The notes below the pieces were generated by a model, which had not been told where the DNA came from, searched no databases, and saw nothing but the letters and a program-made list of their open reading frames with translations. A stretch of 62,375 bases of DNA, the filler included, from Choristocarpus tenellus KU-1152 (Eukaryota > Protista > Phaeophyceae): assembly GCA_964200185.2 (NCBI GenBank). It is 14 parts of 14 records of this genome, joined end to end, with 100 filler letters (N's around TTAATTAATTAA, not from the genome) between each part and the next. Parts side by side here need not be neighbours in the genome. Positions count along the whole stretch, not along the records: positions 37,093 to 40,965 come from CAXNAD020017459.1; positions 41,066 to 43,577 come from CAXNAD020027184.1; positions 43,678 to 47,594 come from CAXNAD020017156.1; positions 47,695 to 55,850 come from CAXNAD020005067.1; 10 more parts are not named here. One strand, given 5' to 3'. The position numbers were made by a program, and so were the translations under genes. The first letter of the stretch is position 1; each line of letters begins with the position of its first letter. Of the stretch, positions 37,519-49,233 are shown one piece after another.

Positions 37519-40500
37519 ATGACGACTCTAAACCTTCGACGTGTCCTATCCCCGACACGAGTAGGGATGCTTTTTTGCGTGGGGTGCTTGATGGCCACAT
37601 TCTATGCCAGTGGACGCAGAGGTGTGCTAATCCAAGATATGTAGCGAGGAAAAAATGTTTATCGCTGGGACTAAGCCTTTTCTGTTTCGTGTGTTATGGT
37701 CCCTAACGCAAAGACTCCTTTCTATGACAGGTGGTCGCCAGCCAGTTCTTCGCGGTCAGAGGCAATTCTCGAGGAGGGGAACGACACCAACTGAGGAAAG
37801 GGTAGCGGGGGGAATTGGGGGAAACAAAGATACCGACGCAGTGTCGAGACGAGCGAGCGGTAATGTAATGCAGAGAGAGTCTGCGTCTCAAAAGGTAAAT
37901 CTGGATGCTCCGGACGGGTTTCTCTGGCTTCCAGTATCGATGGGGTCGCCAGAGTGTGAGCCGGGTGCACGGTGCGATGTCACACTACGATTTTGTCAAA
38001 TCCATATCAGGGCATACCAAGACCGACCATGGAAATTCCCCATGATCCCCATGCTCATGAAGAAGAGCGTCTGCACTGGTGACAGGATGCGAAATTTCAT
38101 GTTATCGGATGTACGGGTAAGAGCTTGGAGACTCGAAGTTTCGAAGAATCTAACAAGTATAAATGTGATTGAAGGTAGAGTAGAGCATGCAAACCCCTTA
38201 GTTTCGGAGGGCATTCCACTCCATTAACTCTTTGAACCCAACCTTCCACCACCTCGACTAGGAATATGTAGCGGAGCACCCTTCGGAGTTCTTGCAACCG
38301 ACAGGCTTTGTGTACCATGAAACCAGGACAGGGTCTACATTGGTGGCAAATATGTTGGCCCATGTACCCACGAATCTGGTATCTAGTGAAAATAGGGTAC
38401 CAGAAGAACCTTTGCACAAGTGCAAGCAATGCACAAAGGAGCAACAGGTGCAACTCCTACAAGAGATCATGCTGATCATGGGACGTGCAACTGGAGGTCA
38501 CACCCACTCCTTCTTCAAGTTTCAGGATGCAACATCTATCGAGATGGTAAGACTCTTCCCTTGCACTTCCGTTAGTAACTTTCCCTCAGCAGTGCATATC
38601 CCGACTTGTGGTGCAATAATTTGTTGTCTGCATTCGAAAACCTAACGTTCATCGGAGTTATCGCTCATGTTTTGAGTGAGCAAGGGGTACAATGGCCATT
38701 CAATAAAATGGGAGTAGCATAGCTGTTGTTTCTCAGTTCGGATTTTCATTAATTGCGATCCAGGCCAAAGACTAGTATATACCATCTTGATCTGACCTTT
38801 CGAATTGTCGCGTACTTCGATTTGAACTGTGATGACGGATTCCCACCCCTCATGACGGATTCCCACCCTTCTCCTCGAACATTGTCTTGATTGCGAGTGG
38901 GATATACTCCCAACACAAGTCTAACTCCTTGCTCCACCTACATCCCATCCATACCCTCTCTTGTAGATGTCAAAGGCGTTTCCCGATGTTCCATGGATGT
39001 ACCTTTTCCGCGATCCTGTGGAGGTCATGGTTTCCAACTTGAAGGTGCAGTGCGTTTCTGTGCGGAAGTGTTGCAAGCAGAGTTGATTTATCGTCCTAGT
39101 TAGGCCCTTCCAAAGAGGTTTTTGCCCCTTTAAGGACTGGTAAGACTTTGCTTTCCCTTACAGTCAGGTGTGGTATTGCAAAATTTATTGCTGTGCTAAT
39201 TTTGGGCTAGTTACCCCACCCCCCACCCACCCACCCACCCACCCCTCCCAATTGGTTTGTTGATGTCTCTTCAATGTCCCCTATGTTGGATAATTTTATT
39301 TCACACTTTATGAGGAGGGCTGCTATGGTTCACTACTATTGTATTGTCAATGTTAGCAACTAGTGAATCTATAAATGAACCGGTTGTCATGCCCCTGTAT
39401 CTCAATGATTCCAGTAGGAAGAGTCATCGAGTGTCAACATTGCTGCAGCAGGTATTTTCTTAGTGAGAGGAACCCATTGTGATTTTGATGTGTTTACACA
39501 CAATTCATAATACTTTGTATTTTCCGGGAAGAGTGTTTTGACCAATGAACCAGGCACAAGTGTGTATGTCCCAAGCGAACACATTAACATGAACATCTTC
39601 ATTGTTGTTTTATTTTATTTATCGGGTTGTCGTGTGTGCTAATACTGCAACCTCTTGGGTGCCCTCGTCATTCCCTATCTCTAGGGTGCTTATGGAAAGA
39701 GGCAGAGGCTGTATGGAAGATTCAATTTTGATGATACTACTGGTGAGTTTTGCATGCTTACTTGCTTATGAATTTGAAGAATCTCCTCTCCCGTCCACTT
39801 TTTTAATGGCATATTCTTGACCCACTTGTGTAGAGCAAAGTGAATCTACTTACCCCCTCCGTTTTTCCTGAGGCTCCTCGATTTGTGAGCTGTGGTTTAC
39901 TGAGTTGTACAGCATCCTCTATTTGCAATTTGATCTTGAAATTTTGTCTGTTCCAGAACTGGCCATTGAAAGCCGAATTTCTGTGGGAGATTTCTCGTTT
40001 ATAGCTTTGTATGATGTACTCAGGGCATCCTTTGCGGGTGCGTTTATTGTGCATAGCAGGAGACATTGTAAAGAGTTGAAAATTCGTTGCCTCTTGTGGT
40101 GTTGTGGATGGTCTGGACTGGGTGAAATCAGATTGACCCTGCTAGCTGTCACGCACCTAGATTTTTCTGTGACATTGATTCATTCCCCTTCAATCTGCAG
40201 CAGGAGATGCTCAAACCCAACAGGCAGACAGAAAAATGGATTCCGGTTGTATTGTGTAGCATGTGTTGGTAAGCAAGCTTGAGGGGCTAGTGATAGTTCC
40301 TCTGTAAACTGCGAGTTCATACATTGCAGATGAGACGAAATATACTTTGGCGACTCTTGAGTGTACTGATCGCAAGGCAGTTATTGAGTCCACGAGAGTA
40401 GGCTTAGGGCTTGATGAACGTGCTGCCTGTGGACAATGTCCTAGCTTCACAAGAATTTATTTAATTATATAGTGCAGGGTAATGTGAGATCAACACGATG

Positions 40501-40944
40501 ATCTCCCATGGCCTCCCCTTTGTGTATACACAAGCTCACACACACCATTGAGAAACCTCTCCACGTCGTTCACCATCCATGCTAACTACTACTAATCACT
40601 CTGCCGTATGTTTGCCCATTACCAACACCTGCAGCAACGGCATCATCAGTACCGGAAGAAGCCAAGAAGGTAGCGGCCCCCTGCTTGGGAGAGATAGGGA
40701 AGGACTCCTCCTATTCAGGGTCATTGCAAGAGGCGTTTACGAGCAGGGAAGAAAAATGTGCTGCAAGGCTAGCACAGCTGTGCACGGCAGCGGTGGAGGG
40801 GCTGGAGCGCACTCCAACACGTGGCATGGTGGTGGAGTATCCCAACTTGCCGGGTGTGATGCTGAAGTATGTGTATGGGACACATTTTGGGATGGGGGAG
40901 GACCTGCTGAAGGATCATATGCCTTACCTGGAGGGGGCAGCCAG
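37519..40944 (+). CDS. Membrane-anchored sulfotransferase-fold (P-loop) protein; exons 37519-37621, 37731-38116, 38262-38546, 38967-39044, 39100-39139, 40635-40944 (3' end missing)
   Basis: N-terminal hydrophobic segment; GFVYHETRTGSTLVANML (5'-PSB-like) and FPDVPWMYLFRDPVEVMVS (3'-PB-like); all intron phases join in frame. Confidence 0.82.
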
Positions 40945-41065
40945 GTGGGGAGTAATGAGGAGGGGNNNNNNNNNNNNNNNNNNNNNNNNNNNNNNNNNNN
41001 NNNNNNNNNTTAATTAATTAANNNNNNNNNNNNNNNNNNNNNNNNNNNNNNNNNNNNNNNNNNNN

Positions 41066-41459
41066 GGCCAAAATCCAATGTTGCGATTTTGATGTAATTT
41101 TGGCTATCGTGTTTGTTAGGAAGTGTCAATATCCTTTGTTCAAGATACACCTTTTCATAACGTATACATTTTATCTACTCCAAAACATTTTGGATAAGAA
41201 AAAAGTCATAAATAACCCCGAGGGAAGCCAAGCCCCGAATGGAAAAAAACAGGGGAAAACTCATACCCTCTAAGATACTTTCACTCCTACTCCAAAATGC
41301 TTCGGAGTAGGTAAAATGTATACGTTTTGAAAAGCCGTGTCCGGAACAAGGATATTGACATCTCCTAACACACATGAAAGCCAAAATTACATCAACATTA
41401 CGACATCGCATTTTAGTCCCCATATGGACGCGGCCCTAGCCTCTAAGATACTTTGACTC
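41066..41459. mobile_element. Family A (41066-41286, +) abutting the central palindrome of an opposite-strand family A (41287-41459)
   Basis: ...GATACTTTCACTC|CTACTCCAAAATGCTTCGGAGTAGG...GATACTTTGACTC. Confidence 0.88.
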
Positions 41460-41647
41460 ACCAGAAGGCTACAGCTGAGCTTGATGCCAAAAGGCATGAA
41501 GACAATGTTGTCATGCAGACTCGAAGGATGGAGTTAGACGCAAAGTCGGAAGAAAAGGTGGAGGAAAACCGCGCCCAGATACAGAAAGACATGGTCAGCA
41601 TGATGAAACCGGCGGTGGGCCTTCTGGGAAAGCGCAACCAGAACTAG
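41460..41647 (+). pseudogene. Coiled-coil C-terminus, probable accessory ORF of the Harbinger element
   Basis: ELDAKRHED...RRMELDAK...QKDMVSMM..LL*; convergent with the Harbinger transposase. Confidence 0.5.
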
Positions 41648-41842
41648 TTGGGGCACTGAATTGGAGTGGTTGAAACTGTTTTTGAAGTCAGCGCAGAGGT
41701 ATAGGACAGAGCATGAGGAAGCCCCTGTACTGTTCATGGTTCCAACAGTTGCTTGCGGAGAAAAATAAATGACAACAAATATATAATAATAAAAAACAGA
41801 AACATTGCCTATTACAGCTATAGGGTCTATACTTGTAGGAGA

Positions 41843-42103
41843 GAGTGAAGGTATCTTAGAGGGTAAAGCCCCGACCGTTTGGGGGCCAAAATCCAATGTT
41901 GCGATGTTGATGTGTAATTTTGGGTATTGTGTTTGTTAGGAAGTGTCAATATCCTTGTTCCAAACAAACTTTTTCAACATGTATATATTTTACCTGCTCC
42001 AGAACATTTCAGAGCACGTAATGTATCATAGAGGACCCGCGTGAAGCCAAGCCCCAAATGGACAAACAGGACAAAACTTGTACCCTCTAACATACTTTCA
42101 CCC
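41843..42103 (+). mobile_element. MITE family A, complete
   Basis: Both TIRs; flanks AGA/TGA. Confidence 0.9.
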
Positions 42104-42336
42104 TGAGCTCCAGCATGTCTAATGGTCACTTTAACAATTATTTTCCCTGTTTGCCTCAACAACAATTGGGGATGTTTATCGAGCAGGGTTCCATGATGTC
42201 TCCAGTGGTAGTCTGCCAACGATGCTCCAACGTGCTGACAAGTCAAAATATGTTAATTTTTTATTATTTAACATCCTACTTGTTGCCAAACCTGAACATT
42301 GGAAACATGAGTCCCGCTCCCCCCAACTCTCCAACC

Positions 42337-43340
42337 CTATGACCCGAGGTGACAGGCCTCAAGCAAAGTAGCCTCCAAGTGAAGAAGACGGCATGTTGAA
42401 GTAAATTCCAGTGTGAGACCCATACAAACAGGTGTGTGGGCGTTTGTCAGCAAGACTGCGACTAAGTAGTACATAACCACTGGCTGCAGTAGGACCTTGA
42501 GGTTTTTCTTAAAATCTACAAAAGGGTACAACCGGACTACCTTGCCAAAGCCCCACTCCACAGAAATCCTCACTCTCGACAGTTCCCTGTTATATACCTT
42601 CTGGACCGGGGTGAGATTGACAACTCTGAACCCACGAGACACATGGGAGAGGACAGGGTACGCTGCATCCCCGTACACCATGGCTAACCTGTGGTTCAAT
42701 CTACTTTCTCGTAAAATGTGCACATCTTGTCTGCGGCCAGGCATAGGCCCATATAGGTCTCCAATCATCCCATCCGGAACTCTACAGACTGGAACCCAAT
42801 CCTATGCGCCCTGTGGTGGTCGTCGTAGACCTCCCGCTGCAAGTCCAGCTCTATGGGTCCACCCGGCTGGTACATGCGCCGAAGTGTCCCAATCTAGAAA
42901 TCCTACGATCATAGATCCCGAGCAGGCAACTCCTCCTGGATGGTCGCCAAGACGCATATTTGAAGGGGTTCGAAGTCAGGGCAGCAGCATGTTGCGCTAT
43001 CAAGGTTCAATACAAGCAGCTGAACTTCAACATAAATTGCACACCCACAGAAATGCTCGAGACAGCAACCCCACCTTTGCGTTCTATAGCCACTGCCATC
43101 TGAGGGAAGAAAGGCGCAAAGAACCCAAGATTGTCCTGGATACGATGCCCATGAGTCTGCCATACCCAGCCAATGACCGTCTTGAAGTCGACTCAGTTGA
43201 CTGTACTCAATGCCGAACTCCTCCTCCAGGTCGACCAAGCACCCTGGGTATCTCAGCCTCCTAATCAGCAATAGGAAACCCTCATCACCCGTAAACAGAC
43301 TGCCGTTCTTGGAACGGAACACAGGCGTGAACTTCATGAC
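42337..43340 (-). pseudogene. PIF/Harbinger DDE transposase (DDE_Tnp_4, HARBI1-like), frameshifted
   Basis: LRYPG..DLEEEFG..YSQLSR; VGFLD.TLR; FQSV..PDGMIGDLYGPMPGRRQD; VYGDAAYP; YNRELSRVRISVEWGFG. Confidence 0.93.
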
Positions 43341-43362
43341 TTACTTCAAACAGTTGACAGAG

Positions 43363-43577
43363 GAGTGAAAGCATCTTAGAGGGTATGAGTTTTTCCCTGC
43401 TTTTGTCCATTCGGAGCTTGGCTTCCCTCGGAGTTTTTTATGACATTTTTCTTGTCCAAAATGTTTCGGAGTAGGTAAAATGTGTATGTTATGAAAAGGT
43501 GTGTCTTGAACAAGGATATTGACACTTCCTAACAAACACGATAGCCAAAATTACATCAAAATTGCAACATTGGATTT
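43363..43577 (-). mobile_element. MITE family A, partial at contig end
   Basis: GAGTGAAAGCATCTTAGAGGGTATGAG... Confidence 0.88.
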
Positions 43578-43914
43578 NNNNNNNNNNNNNNNNNNNNNNN
43601 NNNNNNNNNNNNNNNNNNNNNTTAATTAATTAANNNNNNNNNNNNNNNNNNNNNNNNNNNNNNNNNNNNNNNNNNNNCCCGCGTACGTAGGAACTTCGCT
43701 GGGGTAGAAGGGTGCGAAGGAAACAAGGGCGCCGGGCGTCTGGGACGGCAGGAGGGGAGTATCGAGCTGTGAGAGAATGATATTTTAATCTCTGATCCTG
43801 TTCTGTGACTCTTGATGAAGTGATAGGGTGGTTCGATGAGTGAGGGTCAAGTCATCCCTCCCTCTCTTTCAAGAAGAACAAACCAACCTAAAGCCTATCT
43901 TGCTATCTTTGGGG

Positions 43915-43945
<31 letters not shown>

Positions 43946-44039
43946 AGGGGGCGGGGGGGCAGTGTGAGAAAACACCAACTTTTGTATGTTTATTTGGGAC
44001 AGCTCCCAAAATTNNNNNNNNNNGGGGCGGGGGTTTTGT

Positions 44040-44085
<46 letters not shown>

Positions 44086-44556
44086 GGGGGCCTGTGTGTC
44101 ATATGTCAAAACCCCAAGTCTCTTGTAGTAATGTCAGCAGCATCCCTCAACTGTTGTATTAGTGAACCAAGACTGGGATGATTCTAATGTTTGCTGAGAT
44201 TTTGATTGCCTTGACGTGAGCTGTCTCATAACGTAACTTTTTTAGTAGTATATTTTCATACATCTCTCATCTACATGGTCACACACTGACACACACAAAC
44301 ATACACCCTTGGTTACGCATATAGATGCACTTGATATACATGCGTTCTCAGATACACATATACTGCCAGACACAGAGTTACAAGTAGATGCACATATATT
44401 CACAGACACATAAACGCTCTTAGGTACACAGTGCTTACAGACACATGGGCATCCTCAAATACACATGTGCTCCTAGATACACAGACATGGCATAGATACG
44501 CATGCAATATTTTCCCCTGCCCACCTCCTTTTTTCCCCTGTGCTCCTCCCTCCCAG

Positions 44557-46765
44557 GCAACAAGCAGCACACCTTCATTGAGACAGAGAGCGTTCGTTAT
44601 GTGTATCAGCCAATTGAAAACTTGTTCTTGCTTTTGTTGACAAATAAGGGGAGTAATATCGTGGAGGACCTGGAGACATTGCGCATGCTGTCTAAAGGTA
44701 AGGGAGGCGATGATAGTAATAATAGTGGTAGTGGTAGTAGTAGTGGTAATAGTGGTAGTAGTAGTAGTAGTAGTAGTGGTAGTAGTAGTAGTGGTAGTGG
44801 TCGTAGTGGTAGTAGTAGTGGTAGTAGTATTTTTTAGGAACCAGTGAAAAATATTGTGCCATCTTAGCCGTGAGTAGCTCTGGCCCTAATCCCTTGGCAT
44901 TATTGTGTGAATAGTGTGTTATTTGAATATTGCTTGGCACCTCTCTTGCTGTTACTACCAGAGTTGTCTGAGGCTTTTTATTATTGTTTTTGTAGTCAAG
45001 ATTTATATTATTTTTGTCATAATTATATTTTAATACTAATGTTCTTATTTTATTTTTATTGTCATTATTTTACTTTTTTTATGTTACCGTCCCCATCTAA
45101 AGAGACCCGGATTGCGCTGGCCCTGTGGAGGTGTAGTATTGTGTCCATTGATTGTGGCAGTGCAATTAATTAGCAATGGTGGGTACGTAGTTCATTGAAC
45201 AGACTGGGACTATTTCTTTTCAAGGCCATACTTTACTTTTCCCTCTCCTCTCTTACTGTTTTGTGCTATCAACAATTGGTGTGCATGTAACTAAGTAACA
45301 CCTTTTCGACAGTTGTTGACCACTCTCCTTGATGTTAACGAAGTATCTAACTTTGTATGGTCTTGTTGCTCGTTGATGTGTGTTTCATGTTCATGTTTGT
45401 GCTGCTGTATGTCATTTTTTTTTGTTTTTAATGTTTCTGTACGTAATTTTTTTAATAATTGATGTATGTGTGTACACATGTGTGCATGTATGTATGTGTT
45501 TGTGTATTTGTGTGTGTGTTTATGTGGGTGGATGGATGGATGGATGGATGGATGGATGGATGGACAGTTGTACCGGATGTGGCGGGGGGTGTGACAGAGG
45601 ACAAGGTTGGTGGGAAGGCGTTTGAGCTGGTGTTTGCCTTCGACGAGGTGATCAATACAGGAGGACACAAGGAGAGTGTCACACTGCAGCAGGTGAGAAG
45701 GGGGAAAATACTAATGTTTTAATACTACTAGTACTACTATCAATAATTTTGCTACTTTTATGGAGTAGCTATTAACTAACAATGGTGCTAATTATGTGCA
45801 GTAGCTGTTAGTAATAGTTCTGATTATATATACAGTAGCTGTTAATAATAGTTCTGATTATATGCAGTAATTGCACGAATAGGTGCTAAACCTTTTTGGA
45901 AGATGTTTGGTCTCTCAACAACAGGGGGGGGGCTCTGTGATACAGTTTTTGTAACTGTTTTTTGTAACTGTATTGGTGGTAGAATCCCCTTCCGTTGCTC
46001 TGATTTCGGTTGAAATAATCTCTTTGATCAGTAGAAATCTGTGTAACCATGGAGTGTTGAGTAGTTGTTGATGTAATTTACTTTCATGAAGGACATCGTA
46101 GAAATCCATTCTTTCACTGTGAGCAAACACCTCCCCCTTCCCAAGTACTGCAGTCGGCTCTAGGCCCTTTGCCTTGGCTACAGAGGCTACAGTTTTCGTG
46201 AGTATGAGTTCTGATTTAATCGCTGGGATATGTGTGTATTAATGTATGTTCCATAGTTGCGTATGTTTGTTTTTTCTCCTACTCTGGTTATGTACATCTT
46301 ACTGTAAGTTTTTATTATTTCTATTTCTACCCTTCAAGGAATTGATTTTAAAATCAAATATTAAAAAAAGAAAATCACAATTAAAAATATTTACTCGTGA
46401 GGTTGAAATATCCACTCTCGTCGTTCCCTTGTTCTCTTGCTTGCATATGTCCCTAGACCTTCTGAGTTTGCTCTCCTAAACACGCCTTCCAACTACGAAC
46501 ACTGTTCTTTACAATACCAATAACTAGTATGATACAAACCTTCCTATCCTGTTTATTTTTTTGTGGGTACATTTAAAAAAAATATTTTTTGGTTTTATCG
46601 ATGTCATACTGATTTTAAAATAAAAATGCAGATAAAGTCCAACATGGAGATGGACTCCCATGAGGAGAGGCTGCACAAACTGATTGAGGATACTAAGCTT
46701 GAAGCAGCCAAGCAAGAGGCGTCCAAGAAGGCCAAGGAGCTCAGGGAAAGGCAGAAGGAGATGGT

Positions 46766-46800
<35 letters not shown>

Positions 46801-47594
46801 CAATCCAAATAGGGACAGGACTCTGATGTAATTTATGAAAATAGGGATTGGAGATTATAAGTGTTTTTCATTTTTTATAATATAATAAAGGGGGTACATT
46901 TATCATGTTGTGAAGAAAGTGATGATGGGACGGCAGTCTTGGGTAGTGTTGTATTCTTGGTATGACATTGGTTGGGGGGGGGGGGGGGGGTTGGGATGAA
47001 TGAAATGAACTTAAGTGTAAGATTTTTTTTGTACTTTATTAATCGGTGGGTTGTTTTCAACTTAGGGTTAGGGTTAAAGGTAAAGTTTTATTTGATAGTG
47101 TTAGGGAGTGGAACGGCTTGGTGTGTGTGTGTGTGTGCATGTATGTATGTATGAGTGTATGTGTGTTGAGTAAGTTAGACCTCTCCCTATGATATACATT
47201 TTTTTTGTGCAATTTTGGTGAAGCCTACTTGAGGTTTGTGTCTTACTGGTTTTCAGTGTTCTATCCCTTTGCATTATTGTAGGACAGTGTCTGAATAACC
47301 TCAGATGGGTGTTTTTCTGTAGGGGTGTCTTTCCTCCCATGTCCCCCCTCCCAACCAATATCTGTAAGCCATCTGTAACGATAATTTGCTGGATGTGCCC
47401 TCTCCACCCCATACATCCACCCACCAAACCACCCCATAAATGTGGCTGATTATGCAACGTTTGTGATACGTAATCTTCTGTGGCGCTCTGTGGCTTTGGT
47501 GTGTGTGTGTGTGTGTACGATAAATTCAAAATGCATCGCAGGCAAACAGGCCTGGGGGTGGCTCCATGTCGGGCATGGGGGGGGGGGGGGGGGG
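44557..47594 (+). CDS. ARCN1: Coatomer subunit delta, internal exons 44557-44697, 45568-45692, 46632-46763, 47542-gap
   Basis: [57 protein letters not shown]; phase-consistent splicing. Confidence 0.96.
44712..44830. repeat. Intronic (RGT)n trinucleotide tract
   Basis: AGT/GGT repeats right after the delta-COP donor. Confidence 0.9.
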
Positions 47595-48235
47595 NNNNNN
47601 NNNNNNNNNNNNNNNNNNNNNNNNNNNNNNNNNNNNNNTTAATTAATTAANNNNNNNNNNNNNNNNNNNNNNNNNNNNNNNNNNNNNNNNNNNNCCCCAA
47701 TGGCCCGCCCCCCCCCCCCCCCCCCAGATACTTTGACCCATAGCGGTACCTCCTGATGGGTTCTTTTGCGAAGCGGTTGTGTGTCATTGGCAAGGGACCC
47801 GGCTCGGGCTCTGTAAGTATCCACATCCTCCCACTCCGCTTCAGGTCTCTAATCTCCTCCTGTTGGTCTCGCTCCCTCTGGGAAAGTGTCATTGATGGAA
47901 GTCAAAGTGAAGCAGGGAGAGAGCGACCGGGAGAGGTAAACACTTCGCAGGCGTGACGGCAATAGGTGCAAGTTGGATGGGTTGGATGAGCACGCGGCAA
48001 AGAGTAGATTCGTGTATCATTCCACCTGAGTCTGAAAGGCTCAATAGATGATAGTAATCTGTGATGGTAGAACTGCTCCAGAGACTCCTTTCGTTCTCTG
48101 CTGTTCGTCCTTGGCAACAACTCGACACATCTTCCCTCAACCCCCAAGGCCTCAACCAAACACTAGTGGCCTTTCTTTCATGTTCAACACCATGCCTGTT
48201 GGTGCACCATTTTCTCGAGATGATCCTGTCCTTCG

Positions 48236-48498
48236 GAGTCAAAGTATCTTAGAGGGTAGAGTCGCGTCCATTTGCGGGCCAAAATTCAATGTTGCGATTT
48301 TGATGTAATTTCGGCTATCGTGTTTGTTAGGAGATGTCAATATCCTTGCTCCAGACACACATTTTCATAACATACACATTATACCTACTCCGAAACACTT
48401 TGGAGTGGGTAACATGTCATTTAAAGCCCATGGGAAGCAAAGCCCCAAATGGACAAACAGAGGAAAACTCGTACCCTAACCCTAAGATACTTTCACTC
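48236..48498 (+). mobile_element. MITE family A, complete
   Basis: Both TIRs; TSD unclear. Confidence 0.9.
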
Positions 48499-48995
48499 GT
48501 TCATCTGCCGGAATTCCAGGTGGAGGCTGTTGAGTTCCGCCATGTCAAAGCGAGGGGATATGGATATAGTCTTTGGCTCCATGGCGGAGGAGAACAGGTG
48601 GGGGGTATGGTGTCCTAGCTGCTCACCATCTTCGTTATTGCAAGCGCTTCTGTAGTGTTGGATATTGGCTATGATCTTCCAACTTCATAAAAGAAAAACC
48701 TCTGTCACCCTTCAAATATGGCAGTCACAAGATGTGTTCGCCTTGGATATGCACTTGAAGGGTGGCGGGCGCACCATGTGCAACAACAACAACGTTCTAC
48801 ATGTGGTCTGTCTTACGTAACAAGGCAGGGAGGAGAGCAAGTGCTGCGCTCGTCTTTACCTGTTCGGGGGCTGTGTAGGACCTGACAAGCCTGCTTCTTA
48901 TCCTTGCTGCCCGTGCGCACCCTTCGTCCTCAGCGGCAAGCCATCCTCTCCTTTCCTTTGTGTCAAACTTGGCATTGAGGAAACACACTGAGATT

Positions 48996-49233
48996 GAGTT
49001 GGAGTAACCTAGAGTTGCATTTAAAGTGCGCTGGCAAATATTTCCGGAAAAAAAAACGACTTTTTTTTTGTTTACAAATGCGTGTAGGATATTTTCCGAA
49101 CTGCGTCAAAGAGTTCTCAAACATTGGATGAACCAAACCCCCATCAAGTCAGACTTAGCTCTTCATCCGTAGAACTGTGGGTGAAGTTTTGGAAAATGGC
49201 CAAAAATTGGCTGTATCTCGTCTACTTTCACTC
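48996..49233 (-). mobile_element. MITE family C, diverged complete copy
   Basis: GAGTTGGAGTAACCTAGAGTTGCATTTAAAG ... CTCGTCTACTTTCACTC; reverse of the 7285 copy. Confidence 0.78.

Noticed and set aside
42497-43264. 255-aa plus-strand ORF
   Set aside because: Antisense shadow of the Harbinger transposase
43840-44181. Gly-rich / Pro-rich ORFs
   Set aside because: Poly-G tracts with Ns in probable intron; low-quality sequence
44692-44940. Tyr/His-rich ORF
   Set aside because: Antisense reading of an intronic trinucleotide repeat
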